Assembly (NCBI GenBank): GCA_951406725.2
Contig: OX597834.1
Span: forward strand, 34,348,001-34,412,000
Reading direction: 5' to 3'
Source of the DNA: Octopus vulgaris
Lineage: Eukaryota
Length of the DNA: 64,000 nt
Both the position numbers and the translations under genes were made by a program. Every line of letters starts with the position of its first letter. Position 1 is the first letter of the stretch. The notes beneath the pieces were generated by a model, which saw only the letters and a list, made by a program, of their open reading frames with translations, ran no database searches and was not told where the DNA came from. Below, in pieces: positions 37,001-51,800 of the stretch.

Positions 37001-40000
37001 TAATAATTTCTAACATTGGTACAAAGCCAAAAACTCTGGGATAAGATAGTCTGTTCACTTTAATCAAAAGAAAGTCAGTGCCCATGATTTTCTAAAGGGC
37101 TTCCAAGACTGACGGGATGGAGAGAAGGTATCCCTAAACTGGAGACTTGGCCAAAATGTTTGCTATAGTTTTAACTCTGCTAAAGCCACCAAGGACTGTG
37201 TGGTGTGTTAAACTGGGTGACAGATTAAGTCTACTACCCAAGTAGGTCACAACAGGATTTGAACTCAAAGCACCTGAACAAATATTGTAAGGCATTCTGT
37301 TCAACACTAAACATTCTGGCAGTCCATCATCCTTGACTGATAACCATATTAACTTGGAAATATGGCAAAACATTTTGTCTGATACTTTAGTGAAGCCTCA
37401 GAGCTTGCCTAAGCTTTCAATTTTCTTCCCATAAAAGCATGGCAGTTGAAATAAAAAGAATTATTAACAATAGACATTATAAAGTTAAGATAAACATTAA
37501 AAACATTAAAAAAAGAATTCAGGAGGAAAATAATTATTCAAAGGCTAATTGTGAGAACAAATACTTGAACACACATATACTAACCTTGCATTGTTGATGG
37601 TAACTGCTCAGGGGACAAAAGGCAGACAAGCGGTTGACCAAAAAGGTTAGGAAAACACTGAAAGATATATTCAAACAAATCACATAATTATCTTGTTTCT
37701 TTTCTGTATCTTTTAAAAAAAATGTTCTATATATATATCATATACTCATGAGTGTATATAATATATGAATATAACCAGTTTTATGGATGAAATAATGAGT
37801 ATTCTATGGGTATAGACATGAACAAATAGTTAAGAAGTTCACTTTGCAATCATGTGACTCAGGGTTTGATCTCACACGGTGGTACCTTTCACAAGTGTCT
37901 TTTACTTTAGTCTCAAATTAACCTAAGCTCTGTGAATTAAATCGGGTAGACTGAAACTGTGTAGAAGCCCATCATATGGATTATGTTTGTAATCTGAAGC
38001 ACTACTTTATAACACATGGTATCATGCTGATTCTGTATGAAGGTTACATTAAGTATTTGTTGAATATTCAGCTGCTTTCTTACAGTGCTTGTGAGATGAA
38101 GGAAGAAGTTATCTTTAGACACAATAACTGGCTCAAATACTTGCAACAAAGTAGACTAAGCTAAAAACATCAAATAGCCAGAAGGCAGTGTTAAACCAGA
38201 CGATAGACTAAGTTAACCAGTCAAGTTCTGTTGACTGAACAACCAAAACAAAACTGAATTTGATGAATATACAATAATAGTAATGTTCAAGATATAAAGC
38301 AAATGGTAGAGTAATGTTCCAAACCTAAGGCAAATGGCATAGCAATGTTCCATATATAAAGCAAATGGTAGAGCGATGATCCAGATACAAGGCAAATGGC
38401 ATAGCAATATTCCAGATATAAGACAAATGGTATAGTAATGCCCCAAATATAAGGCAAACAGTATAGTAATGTTCCAGATGTGAGGCAATTAGCAAAGTAA
38501 TGGTCCAGATATAAGGCAAATAGCAAAGTAACATTCCAGATATAAGGCAAATGGTAGAGCAATGTCCCAGATATAAAGCAAATGGCAGAATAATGTTCCA
38601 GATATAAGGCAAATGGCATACAATTTAAAGAAACCTCCTTTTCAAACAGAACTTTGTAGTCAATGTTACACCCCTGTGTCATAAGTCCATAGAAGCAAAC
38701 TTAAAAATAACTTTTTTAAAAAAATCAATAATGGAAGATACCTTATTAGGAGTATTACTTGACTGATTCATTATTTTATTGACACTGGAAGGAAGGTGAA
38801 AGGCAAAGTTGACCACAGTTGAGTTTTGATACAGGGTGTAAAAGGACTTAACTAAATATTGTAAGATATTTTCTTCAATAGGTTAACAGTTTGGTTAGTC
38901 TGCTACAGTTTGTTTGAGTTGAATACAACACAAGCCTCAGTCATAGCTGCCAGGGATAGGGAACAGATTATCAGAAAATGTTAATATAACTAAAACAATT
39001 ACAGTGTGGAAGGTGTTTATAAGCTATTTATGAAACACAAAAACCGTTAGATTCAATTCAACATTTAAATTTAATTTGCCAAAATATTTTTGTTGCTTTG
39101 AGACCACGACCTGTTCACTGTCAAAATTCTGTGCTGCATCTCTAATTTTGTCAGCATGGAATTTTGTCAGGGAATAGGTCGCGGTCTCAAAGTGACAAAA
39201 ATATCTAAACTAAAAATAGGTGGGTAAAGAAAAGAATGCATTTCAAAGGGATGTTGAAGATTAGACAAACAGAGAAAAAAAATGGCTGTGGATGACTAAA
39301 AGTGATTTAAAACTGGAAACAGAGGCTCTAATCTGTGCTGCCCAAGAGCAAGCACTAAGAACAAACTACATAAAATACAGAATAGACAACACAGCAGAAA
39401 GTGATAAGTGCAGAATCTGAGGACAAAATGGTGAAACCGCATGGCATATTACCAGCCAATGTATGCCAGTAGCCCAGAAGGAATATAAGAGACGCCTTGA
39501 CAATATAGCCAGGCGTGTCCATTGGACACTTTGCAACAAGTATGGACTTGACAGAGCAAAAAATTGGTACGACCACAAACCTGAAGGCATCATCGAAAAT
39601 GGAAATGCAAAGATCCTATGGGATTTTATAATTCAGTACGACCATGAGATAGAGAATAGAAAGGCGGACATAGTCTTAATTGACAAAGGAAACAAACTAT
39701 GCTGGATCATAGATATAGCATGGCCAGCTGACAACAAGGTATGCGATAAGGAAGAAAAGTCGAGAGATATGACAGGTTAGCTTGGGAAGTTAAGCAGTTG
39801 TGGTTGATGAAAAAGGTAGCAGTAGTACCAATAATTGTTGGAGCCCTGGGAACAGTGAGCAAAAATCTTGAGAAGTATGTGGAACAAATAGGGGCAGAAA
39901 ACTGCACTGCTTGAATATTCCGGAAGGTACACGAAAAATAAGAGGTGTTACCTTAGTTCACTGGTAGTGAACAGCTGACACTGTAATACTTCTCCAGCAT

Positions 40001-43000
40001 TAGAAGCTGTGCAAAGACAATAATAATAATAATAATGAGGATTATTGATAGAATCAGGTACTTGAAAGAATATACACCAGGTAAGGTTGTATAGCTTATA
40101 TATATATATATCATGAACAAGACATAGTCTGCCAGCCCATGTTGGAGTGTATGATTGTATCAGAACTAACTCAGACTGTATTGACCCAGTATTAAAAGCT
40201 TATATAAGATGATGATGATCATGATGATGATGATAATGATGGTGGTAGCTGTAGTGATGATGGTAATTGTGTTTACAATGTATACATACCTGAAATGCGG
40301 AACTATTATCACTATCGCAGATGAGAAACAATGGCTTTCTAGTGTAAGGATACAAATCACCTGGATGTAGACTGAAATTAAAATAGTTCAACTAATTAGC
40401 AAAGGTTTGCATAGATTATTAACAAACATAATAAATATGATTAGAATGAGAAGGTCAAATCTGATACTGAGACAAGTTATACTGAAGAATAAAAAGGGGA
40501 GAAAATGGTGCCTAGTTAATTGTTTTTGGAATATTTTAATCAGAAAGCAGTCCAGACAGTATATAAAGCTCAGGCATAGACATCTGCTTAAAAAGTTCAC
40601 TTCACAATCACATGGTTCTGGGTTCAAAAACCCACTAAATATTACTGAGCACATTTATCATCTATTGTAGCTTTGGGTATGGTTGACCAATACCTTGTAA
40701 GCAAAATTTAGTAGATAGGATCTGTGCAAAAGACTTGTATACATATGATATGATGATGGATTCTCCCATCAAAGATGATGTCTGAATGTTCAGCTTTTAC
40801 CAAACAACCTGCATAAATGATTTGATTATAGTGATCAAATGTCTGAACAGGTGGATGGTGTGCCACGCATCAGGTGTTGAAGTGATTGCAGAGCAACATG
40901 AGATGAAGTGTTTTGCTCAAGAACACAACGTACCACTCAGTCTAGGAATTGAAATCACGATTACTACATTGTGAGTGCAACACCTAACCATATATATCAT
41001 ATAATCAACCAGACTACCAGATGTTATACATCACTGGTCACAATGCACTTAGAATGTTTTTAGCTTTTGAATGATGTCATCTCGCTGGCTAGGTGACCAA
41101 GCCAATATTCCCCCTGAGAGGAATTCTATTGTATTACAGAGTGACCTATTTACAGCTGAGTGAACTGGACCAATGTGAAATGAAATGCCTTGCTTGAGAA
41201 CACAACGTGTCACCCAGTCTGAGTATCAAACCCATGATCTACCAATCATGAGTGCAGCCCCGTAACCACTAAGCCACATGCCTTCACTCACTCACACACA
41301 CACACACGTGTGTGTGTATATTTGACATAACACCACTAGTTAAAAACTAGTGTTGTGTTAAAGGTAACTTCGTTAATAAAGATTGATGAAACAAGTATCA
41401 GACAACAATGACTAGAATGGATATGATCAACTAAAAATGAAAAAATTGTGAAAGGCAGTACTTCAGCTTGGCTGTAGTTCAATGACTGAAACCAGTACAA
41501 GAAACTATTTTCCTGTTGTGTTTTCATGTAGACATGACAATGATCTATTCTTTATTAGAACTGACTTTTGGGCATATTCTGAAGAATTTCATTTGATCTG
41601 TGGATATCTGAGAGTTTCAATTATCAACATGACTGTGGATCATTGAATTTAATAAACAAGAAGGGGATCATAATTTTAAGATAGTTTTCCCAATATTTTA
41701 TAAAAGTAATGAGAGAGAGAAAGAACAAACATACAGAAATGAAAAGTGCGTGAATGGATAATGGTGGTTTGATGAATAAAACAGTATGAGAGAGACAGTA
41801 GGGAGATTAACATCATGAAAGAAAACAAGGAGACAAACAATAAAACAGAAATAAAAGATCAAGTCAAGGAGGAAAAACCCAAATTGCAGAGAGAGGGAGA
41901 GAGAGAGAGAGATGACAGATAAGGGTGAAAGGAAAAAGTGAGAAATGTAGACAGGTATTTTATGCCATATAAAATAGAGTGTTATTTAATAGCAGACATC
42001 AGACACACACACATTCAATGTAAATTTTGGGCCTCTGTCTTTTTTATTTATCCAGTTGGTACATATAATATCTAAAAAGGAAGGGAAGAGAGCTCCCATT
42101 GAAAAAACATCTAATGCCTCACCAATGCATTTCTTTCAAACTTCCAGGTCTTTTGTTTTTATTTAATATGTCCCCTTCTCGCCGACTGTTGGTCACTACA
42201 CCTCCAAGGTCGTAGGCAGCTGCAAATTGGTAAAAAGAGGTTCATGTTCAATCAATTTTTAGTTTCTAAAAATTATTCAAACCAATATATTACTTACTTG
42301 CATATATATTACTTACGTAAATTTTATGGAATGAATTATAATACTAAATAGCAAAGACTACTTTCTGAATTCTTATAAACCTGTATTGCCAATTATAGAG
42401 CATCTCAAACCAATGGGATTATTAATTTTGCTTTTTAACTTTCAAAGGCTTGGGAAAAAGATATAGTAGAATGCAAGTTCTCATTATGTAGAATCTCTGA
42501 TTCAAATTTATTTTAGGCCACAGTAATCTAAAACAGTTTCAGAAGAATTTAGACAAATTTCAGCCTAATTACATGTTATGTTCATTTCTCCATGTTAACT
42601 AAGAAAATGTGTACAATCAAATGAAGTAGTTGGTATCTGTTACTTTCTTCATTATAATTTATACATGACATTATATGTATAAATGTACCTGTTTGCAACT
42701 AGGCAGACTGAGGCAAAGAGAATAATGACTTATATAAGGGCTTGGTATAATGAGCAAGAATTTTACATAAAGTATGGTCAATTAAAGAATTACAAGGTAA
42801 ACACATACACTTGCACACACAGAAAGGAATAGTTATAACTGAACTGTATTGAAACAGTGGCACATAAACTTACCATCATCTGTGTGTTTGGAATTCCCAT
42901 AGCAACCGTCAGCAGATATATACAAGAGAAGGGCTCCATTTGGAGGAAGTTCTTTAAAACCTGACGCTAGGAATGTATTCAGTTGACTGAATGTGGGTTT

Positions 43001-45896
43001 GTAGAGCAGATACTTGTGTGGGTTATCTCTTCGTATAGAACGATCGCCATTTTCCTTGGAAGATAAAATAAACACAACTAGTTAGGCTAGGTACAACCTA
43101 AAGATGAAAATAATTTCTGTAGAGAATAAGAATGATTTTATTATTTACAAAGAAAGATGAATATTCTGATAGGCATTGAAAAATAAAAATCAATGTTGAT
43201 TTCTATCAACATCATCACCATTACATCACCACAATACCTACACATACCTCCTGAACACCTCACACACTCACAAATCAAAGGACTCTCTATACAGTCACAT
43301 GACCTGCTAGAAATAGCAAACACATCTTCAAATCACATCTTACAGTATGATCAGAGGAACAGATTTAAAAACAGTTTCAAATTTTGGCATAAGGCCAGCA
43401 AGTTTGGGAGAGGGAGTAGGTCAATTACATTGACATCAGTGCTCAGCTAATACTTGATTTATTGACCCTGAAAAGATGAAAGGCAAAGTTAACCTCAGTG
43501 GGATTTGAACTCAGAACATAAAAATGGACAAAATGTTGCTAAGCTTTTTACCTGGTGTGCTAACAATTCTACCAGTTTGCTACCTTATTAAAAATAATAA
43601 TAATTTCTCACATTGACACAATGCCACGAATTTGTAGGGTCACCAGATGAAGAAAAGTAGGTATAAATGCCTATCATCAACAACTACTAATTTGTTATAT
43701 TTTTAATATTTTTAGATCCATTTCTCTATATTAACAATGTATATAATAGATCTAATTTTTATATACATATACAGTAAACAGAGTAATGGGCCTTGTCTTG
43801 TCTTGGGCTGTAATATGACAGTCAACATTAAAAAAACAAAAAAAAGTCAATCACACCATTAAAATCATTAGCTTTCATTCTATACAGATACATAGCTACT
43901 TCAAACTTTGTTAATTTGAAAACTACTTCCAGTTAGAATCTCACAGCCAGAAGCAGCTCTTTAACACTGACCAAGTAAACCTATAATCCTCTGATTATAG
44001 TCCAAGACCTGTAGGTTTTATAATATGACTGAGTAGGTAAACGAAAGATGGGCATTCAACACATTTATCAGGAGTTACATGTATAGATCAAAATAGCTTG
44101 ATCTAGCTAGTCTTCAGCCATTGGATTCAGATTCCAATGATTGAAGACTGGCCACATGCTTGAAACTCAGAGTACCAAGGAGTCTGTATCAAACTGTTTT
44201 GATATATATAAGACCTTATAGTTTAATGTCTGTTCCATTTTATAAGAAGGTAAGATGTGATTTGAAGGAAATTTGCCTGCTTTAACTAGCATGTTCAACT
44301 AGGACCACATAGAGGTATGCTCAGAGAATTGTGTGTTATACTGACTTTTTCTACCTAAAATATATACACTCTCCTCTAGTAACACTTACTATTGGCTGTT
44401 TTCATTTATGTTACTGGGTTTATTGAAGTTATTTGCTATACTCAAATTATTTACACATTAAATATATGTCTGCACAGAAAGTGGGAGTTAGACACAGACA
44501 ATTTAGTGCAGTACTACTGATGTAGAAAATAAAAATAGTGAACTTAGTACTTCTATAAAATACTTAGTGATGCCATCCATATAAAAAATATTAATTAAGC
44601 TGGCATTTACATATTTAATGAACTAAAACTAAAATCTAACTAAGAATATTCATATACCAAGGAAAAAAATAACATTAGCTGAATCAGTAATATTATATTT
44701 TGGAAAATCTGGGAGGCAACTCTAGACTTGTCTCAGTCGTATTAGTAAAGTATAATTTTAGCTGAACTGTACTTGATAAAGTAGTGATGAGAAAATCACT
44801 TAGTAGGTATGCAATGTTGTACATGTGTATTGTAAAAATGTTCATTAAATTCTATATTGAATATCATTAGCTTATACTTAATAAATTCAATATGATTTCT
44901 CCGTTAATAAATAAATGGAAGCTTAAGTATCTCAATGTTTAAATATATGGTATATTCAATAAATATTTTGGTTGCTAGCATTCAACCGAAAAAGTGTGGT
45001 AAAATAACTATAGAATGTCGTTCAGGAAAAGTTACCTCCCTTATATACTACAGAATAATTTTAGAGAAAAATGATAAAACAAAAAACACACTTGCCAAGA
45101 ATTATTTGAAATCTGAAAAATGTTTTGTTTAGATAAAAAATACCAAAATATAATTGAAATAAAACAATATTTCCTTTTTTATCCACAAGATTTTATACTC
45201 ACTAATAAATGTTTATATTGTTGAAATTACCCTATTTATTCACATTACGAAATATATGACAGAAATTTTGATTTTTACAAATACTTTTGTCTAGATCAAT
45301 GTTTTCCATCCTTGAGTATCATAACACTGAAATCATCATAACCATCGCCCTTGTCCTTTTAACATTCACTTTCCCATGCTACAAGTTTAAGACAAGACTT
45401 ACTGGGGCAAGTTTTTTTCATTGATAGGAAGGAGGGGATTTCACAATAGTGCAATGCTTGCACTGCTGTGAAATCTACTTAAAGATATGCAAGGGTCTTG
45501 TCATGCTGTTTTAAACCAAATAACTGATCAGCTAAATCAATTAAGTCATTGAATGTTGCATCTTCTGCAAGGATGCAATGCTATACCAAGAGATCAACCA
45601 TCAATACTTTGTCCAGGGATTGTACACAGCATTAAGCACTTCATCTCACATCATATTTATAGTTATATGAACTCCTAGCTTACCTAACTGTAAACTTGAG
45701 AATTTAGTGTCATTAATAAAGCAGCAATAGATGATACAAAATATTGGCCATTGATCTTAATAACTAGTTTGCCAGAACGACTAACTCTATAAACTACAGT
45801 TTGACAAAGGCAATCAACATTTGGCCACAAATGACATAACTATGTTCTGCCAAAAAAATGATTAATAAAATATTTTCACAGTTTCTGTACTTCCAT

Positions 45897-45943
<47 letters not shown>

Positions 45944-48476
45944 ATGCACACACATGCATGCAATGAAGTACTCATTATTTTCTTTTCCTTTCTTCCTATT
46001 TATTTATCTATACAAATTCACTCACAAATTTATGAGGAAATTTTTACATAGTTGCTCAATATGCTAGATATAGCAGCCAAATCTCCCTTGAACTATACTT
46101 TAACAGCTGAAAAAATATATACAAAGAAAGAAAATTGATAATGTAGACCTAAACATCACTTCTGAAAAAAAACCAAAAAAACAATTATCATAGCTGGCCT
46201 GGAGCTAAACAACAAATGTTTGTAGTTTATTTCCATAGAGCAGATAGCCCAGTCTCTTAATGTACTAATGGTACTTGTTGAATTTTTCAATACTCACGGC
46301 AAACTAACTACTGAACTTCATTTTTACTTATGAATTTTATATTTAAATAATTGTTTTAACTGGAGGGAATGCAAAACAGAATAAAAAGACAGATATTTAA
46401 AAAAGAAAGCATTTGCTGCTCACAAATGGCTGTCTTCCTGGGGCAGGTGACGTATCATATAGTTGAGTTGTTAAATCTTCTTGTGGTTCTCTTTCTAATG
46501 TCTGTAGCATTCGGAACATGTCAAGAGTTAATTCACTAAATTTCACCTGAAAATACAATACAGTGTTACATTCATTTAAATCAAGTCTATTGTTGTTATG
46601 TAACAATGGGCATAGAAAGAGTACAGTGGGATCTCAGGTAGAATAAAAGAAAAGAAGGATTTCCTATGCAATTACCAATAAGGTTACCCCAACAAATTTA
46701 ATTTTTCAACTGCCTAGAATGCTTGCAAGAATTGGTGTATAACTTATGCTACCTAGGCGAACTAACTGGAGGTGGAGGTGGGCATTACAAAAGCATAGTA
46801 GCAAATGTAAGGATTAAATGGAAAATTTCAGAGAACCAACAACCTTTGGGGGTAGCAAAGAGCATCTTTTGTTGAATAAGAAGTATATTGTAAGGTGTTT
46901 GTTTATGAAGTTGCGATATTGTGTGCTAGCTAAACAAGAGTGATAAAGATGTGCAGAATGTTCAAAGACTGGAAAGAATTGAGATGAGTATGCTGCACAG
47001 AAAGTATTTGGTCATCCCATAAATAATGTGCTTTTTTTTATACTTCTTTTATTTTTTAAAATTAACATAAGCAATGTTTTAAACTAAAATATACTCCCCT
47101 TCATTTTCTACAATGCTCTTCCATCAATCCGGTAGACTTGCAAGGCCCCTCTTCCAAAATTCACTTGTCCGTGACAAAAAAATACTCCTCCACTACTGTC
47201 CTGATCTCCTTTACAGAATTCATATTTTTTCTGTCCAAATGATTTTGAAGACTGTAGAATAAATGAAAATCAGATGGGGCAATGTCCGGCGAATATGGTG
47301 GGGTATCATTTCCCATTGAAACTGCTCCAGCCTTTGGAATGTCATCCTTGCTGTATGTTGCCAAGCATTATCCTGATGGAAGACTACCTTTCGTCTTGAA
47401 ACCAAAGATGGTCGTTTTTCTTCTAGTGCTGACTTAAGCCACTCAAGCTGCTTGCAGTAGATCTCCTTTGTTATCATTTAGTTTGAGTTTAAAAGGTCAA
47501 AGTGGACTAAACCTTTCATATCCCACCAAACCTTATGTGGGGGAGGACCTCCTTATGTGGGTGCTGGAGTTTCTCCTTTCCCTACCCACTGTCTTCGGTG
47601 CTTGACATTTTTATAGAGAACCCACTTCTCATCACCAGTCACTATTCGATCCCAAAAAGGTTAATTTGTGAGACATGACAGCAAAGAAGAGCACACATTC
47701 ACTTTCTGTGCGTGATTAGACTCGGAAAGTCTGTGAGGAACCCATTGACCCAATTTGCTGACTTTTCCAATGGCACAAAGGTATCAATGAATGGTTGACT
47801 GACCATATCGAAGCTTCTCTAAAATTGTGTTGGTTAGATTCTCATTAACTTGTAAAACATACCCTTTTACAAATCAACCCTATTATAATAAGGTCCTGCA
47901 GCTTCACTTTTGTGATTGAAAATAAGTCTGTCTGAATGTTGAGAAAATCTGTACTTTTGCAATTAGCCATACACTATCTCTTCTTTGTGAAAATGAACTC
48001 CCTGTGGAAATTGGAAAAGGAAGTGATATCCAGCATTCATCTCTTTTGCCAATATATTCTGTTATGGTCCATGCCTCACTACTAAAGAACTGAACTATTT
48101 CAATGCATAATTTGCATAGTTTCAAATAAAATAAGGTTTACAATGGAAATCCTCAGACAATATATATGAACATGGGATTCAGGTTGCCAACAAACATTGT
48201 TTTACTATCATTAAGAATATGCATCAACACCTGACACTCAACAAAACACCATCTTGGAACTTTTGTGTGCTTCTCTAAAGCTATCCTAAATTTCTATGAC
48301 CTGCCAAGTTCATACATGAATAGTGTTATGTTCTTGTACACTAATATCAATACTTGTGCTTGCACACCAACAAACATGATATGTTTTCAGATGTACTTCA
48401 GGGAGACATACAAGCAACTTACCTCTTCTTAGTTGTTTTGGATTATATAATGTGTATGATTATATGTCTGCATCAT

Positions 48477-48541
<65 letters not shown>

Positions 48542-48624
48542 CACACAAATAACAATCTTACTAATAAATGATATTCATAGTTGAGGGCTCTGTTTCTTAA
48601 TTAACAGCCATAACCAACTACATT

Positions 48625-48655
<31 letters not shown>

Positions 48656-48755
48656 ACAATGTCCAAAATGATGTTCAAGTTCTCAGCTCAACTACTTACT
48701 TGAGCAGGCTCAAGTTCCTCTAACTCACAAATATAAGCCAAATGTACTTAACTCA

Positions 48756-48815
<60 letters not shown>

Positions 48816-51800
48816 GAGAATGGACCATAGGGTGGTACTTAATAGATAACAAAGTCAAAATATTCATATCCAAGTAAATCTTTAGTATATGCTCATACAT
48901 GAGTTAACATTACCTGAGCATAGTTTTGAGAAGTTTCACTAGTTTCTATAGTTTATGTGGATATGACCTTTAGGGAAGGAAAGCAAAGACACTTGACCTC
49001 ATCTTGTCACAAAACAGAATTGCAAACTATACATATGATCACTTGATCTGATGGAAAAAGTAGTGAATTCTCTTTGAAATCAAACCCAACTGTCTTAATA
49101 AGAAAAAAAAAAAAAGAAATTTAAAAACTACTTTGGATAATGTAGTCCTAGATATATTGTGTCTGGAAGAAAGACAAGATGATCACGGTTGATAAACCAG
49201 TGACCTTTGGTTAAATAATAACAACAACAATGACAACAGAAGCAATGCACTTACTTGTTCATTACAATTGCCTACAATGAGAATCTCTTGAAGTGTTAAA
49301 TATACTGGAGTGCCCTTATCCAGAGGAGGGGTGTTGAGAGGAGTCAGTCGGTGGGATAAGACAATAGAGGAAGAGTCAACATCAACGACACTTATTATAT
49401 TATCAGCCTGCAACAAAAGGAACAAAAGAAAACAATAAGTATTCTGTATAAATATATACTACTGGCAAAAGTGCTGCAAGAGAGGTTATAACAAAGAAAA
49501 GAGTTAAATGAATGTTTCAAGTCTACTTTCAAAGACAACATACTCACTATTATGAGAGGATTTGGTTTCCTTTTATTGGTGTCAGTCATTGGGATGCATC
49601 CATAATGGGACCCCACAGTTACTTATTTTATTAGTCCAACTTATTTTAGTCTGCTACTTACTTTATTAACCTCTCTATTGAATGACTGAGTTTTATCTTT
49701 TCAATATAAAGAGACCTAACTCAGTGCACTGGTAGACACACACACACACATGAATACAATGTACCTGAATATATATTAATGACACAGACAAATAAGGGTA
49801 AAAAAATTGTATCAATTTGATAGTGAATGAATGAAGGGAAAAAATGTTTGTAATTTCAGACTTATTTGTTCTTCATCAGAAAAAAACAAGAAACAAAGAG
49901 AGAAAAAGAAAAAGAGAGGAGTTAAACCATGTACATTTATGCAGAGGTCATGCTTTCCACATTTAATCAACATCAACTAATATAATTTTATATTGTTATT
50001 CATTGCTTGTATTCTTATATATTTGAATATATTCTACTCCATGCTGATGTAGTCTGACCAGCTTGCATCCATACTGAATCACCTTTCAGATTTACAACTC
50101 AGGTTCACCTGGATTACCATTTCAGAAAACTTTGGATTACACTGGATATATTTTTATTGCATCATATATCAGGTGTAGCTGTTTGGTTGAGAAGCTTGTT
50201 TCCCAGCCACATGGTTTCAGGTTCCAGGTATCTTGGACAAGTGTCTTCTGCTATAGACCCAAGCCAACCATAGCCTTGTGGATAGATTTGGTAGACAGAA
50301 ACTAAAAGAAGCTTGTCGTGTTTGTGTGCGTGTGTGTCCCCGTGCGTGTGTGTGTGTGTCTCCTCCACCACTGCTTGATGACTGTTGTTTGTTTATTTTC
50401 ATCTTTTGCCTTTTACTTGTTTCACTCTTTAGACTATGGCCATGCTGGGGCACTGCCTTGAAGAATTTTAGTCAAATGAATTGACACCAATACTTGTATT
50501 TTTTAAACCTGGTACTTATTCTATTGGTCTCTTTTGCTGAACCACTAAGTTACTGGGACATAAACACTATATATGCAGTGTATGTATATTAAATGGAATG
50601 TTCATCTCTCAAGATGTGATTAATAATTTGAAAAAAACATTAACATTAACATATTTAGGTGCAGGTGTGGATATGTGACAAAAAGTTTGCTTCCCAACTA
50701 CGTGGTTCTGGGTTCAGTCTCACTGCATGGCACCTTGGGCAAGGGTCTTCTACTATAGCCTTCAGCTAATCACAGCCTTATAAGCGGATTTGGTGGATGG
50801 AAACTGAAAGGAGTCTGTCATATATATTTCTCTGTGTATGTGTGTGTGCGTGCGTGCCCCAAATTTTTAATCTGTAAAATCTATAGGAAATTAAATTTTA
50901 AACTTTTAGCAATGTATTTTAATTTTATCCATCTCTTCTACAACCTGTTATCTGTTAGTGTTGCAGGTATGACAATTTCTTGCAGTGGTAATCAGAGTTG
51001 GAATAGCACTCTCAGGGTGGAGTATAGAAAGATCAATCTTATCGTTCATTAAGTGAAGATGTTAAAGTTGATGTTTTAACTCTTGAGATAGCTGGACAGC
51101 AGAAACACTCCTCAGGCAAATGTTTTGGCCCTTAATTTCTTACACTCTAAGTAAGCTGGGACGCATCCAGGTCATGACTTTTGAATGCCTTTCAGCTGAC
51201 ATTTTTTAGCAACTTGGATATCAGAGTCTTGTGCATTTAAACTGCTTGGCAATTTCATCTAGTTGTAACTCTTCTTTGTTGACTCAGCTTTCAAACTTAT
51301 ATTTAAAAGAGAAATAATGTTGGTTGTCATGGTAGCTTAACTCCTGTTTTTATAGAGATGTGAGATAAATTTCATCTTGAAACAGTTAACAGTACTGTGT
51401 TTCTCATTGAGAGGTAATCAGAGGTATGGAGAATTAAATATCTCAATTCCAGAAAACATACTAAAGTGTCTGTACTGGATTTGAACTTGTAACCTACAAA
51501 CTGATAATACAATACTTTACCAACTCAACCAATTTGGTTAAGACAAAGGTTATACAAAACATAGATTATTTTCTTCAGACACAATAGTTATCAGCAAATA
51601 TTGATATCTGGAAATCTATCAGCAAAATTATTGATCATTTGGTAAACAAATTCTGTTCAAAGAAAACTCTAATTTATGCAATCACTGCCAAATGGATACA
51701 CAGTGTATGTATGTGTGTGTGAGTGCAGGAGTATACATTTGATTAAGTTTGTGTGTGTGTGTGAGTGAGAGAGAGAGAGAGAGTCAGTGAGTCAGTCAGT

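Noticed and set aside
38281-38621. CRISPR-like array of ~31-bp repeats
   Set aside because: The units abut with no unique spacers, no cas genes are present, and the context is a eukaryotic intron.
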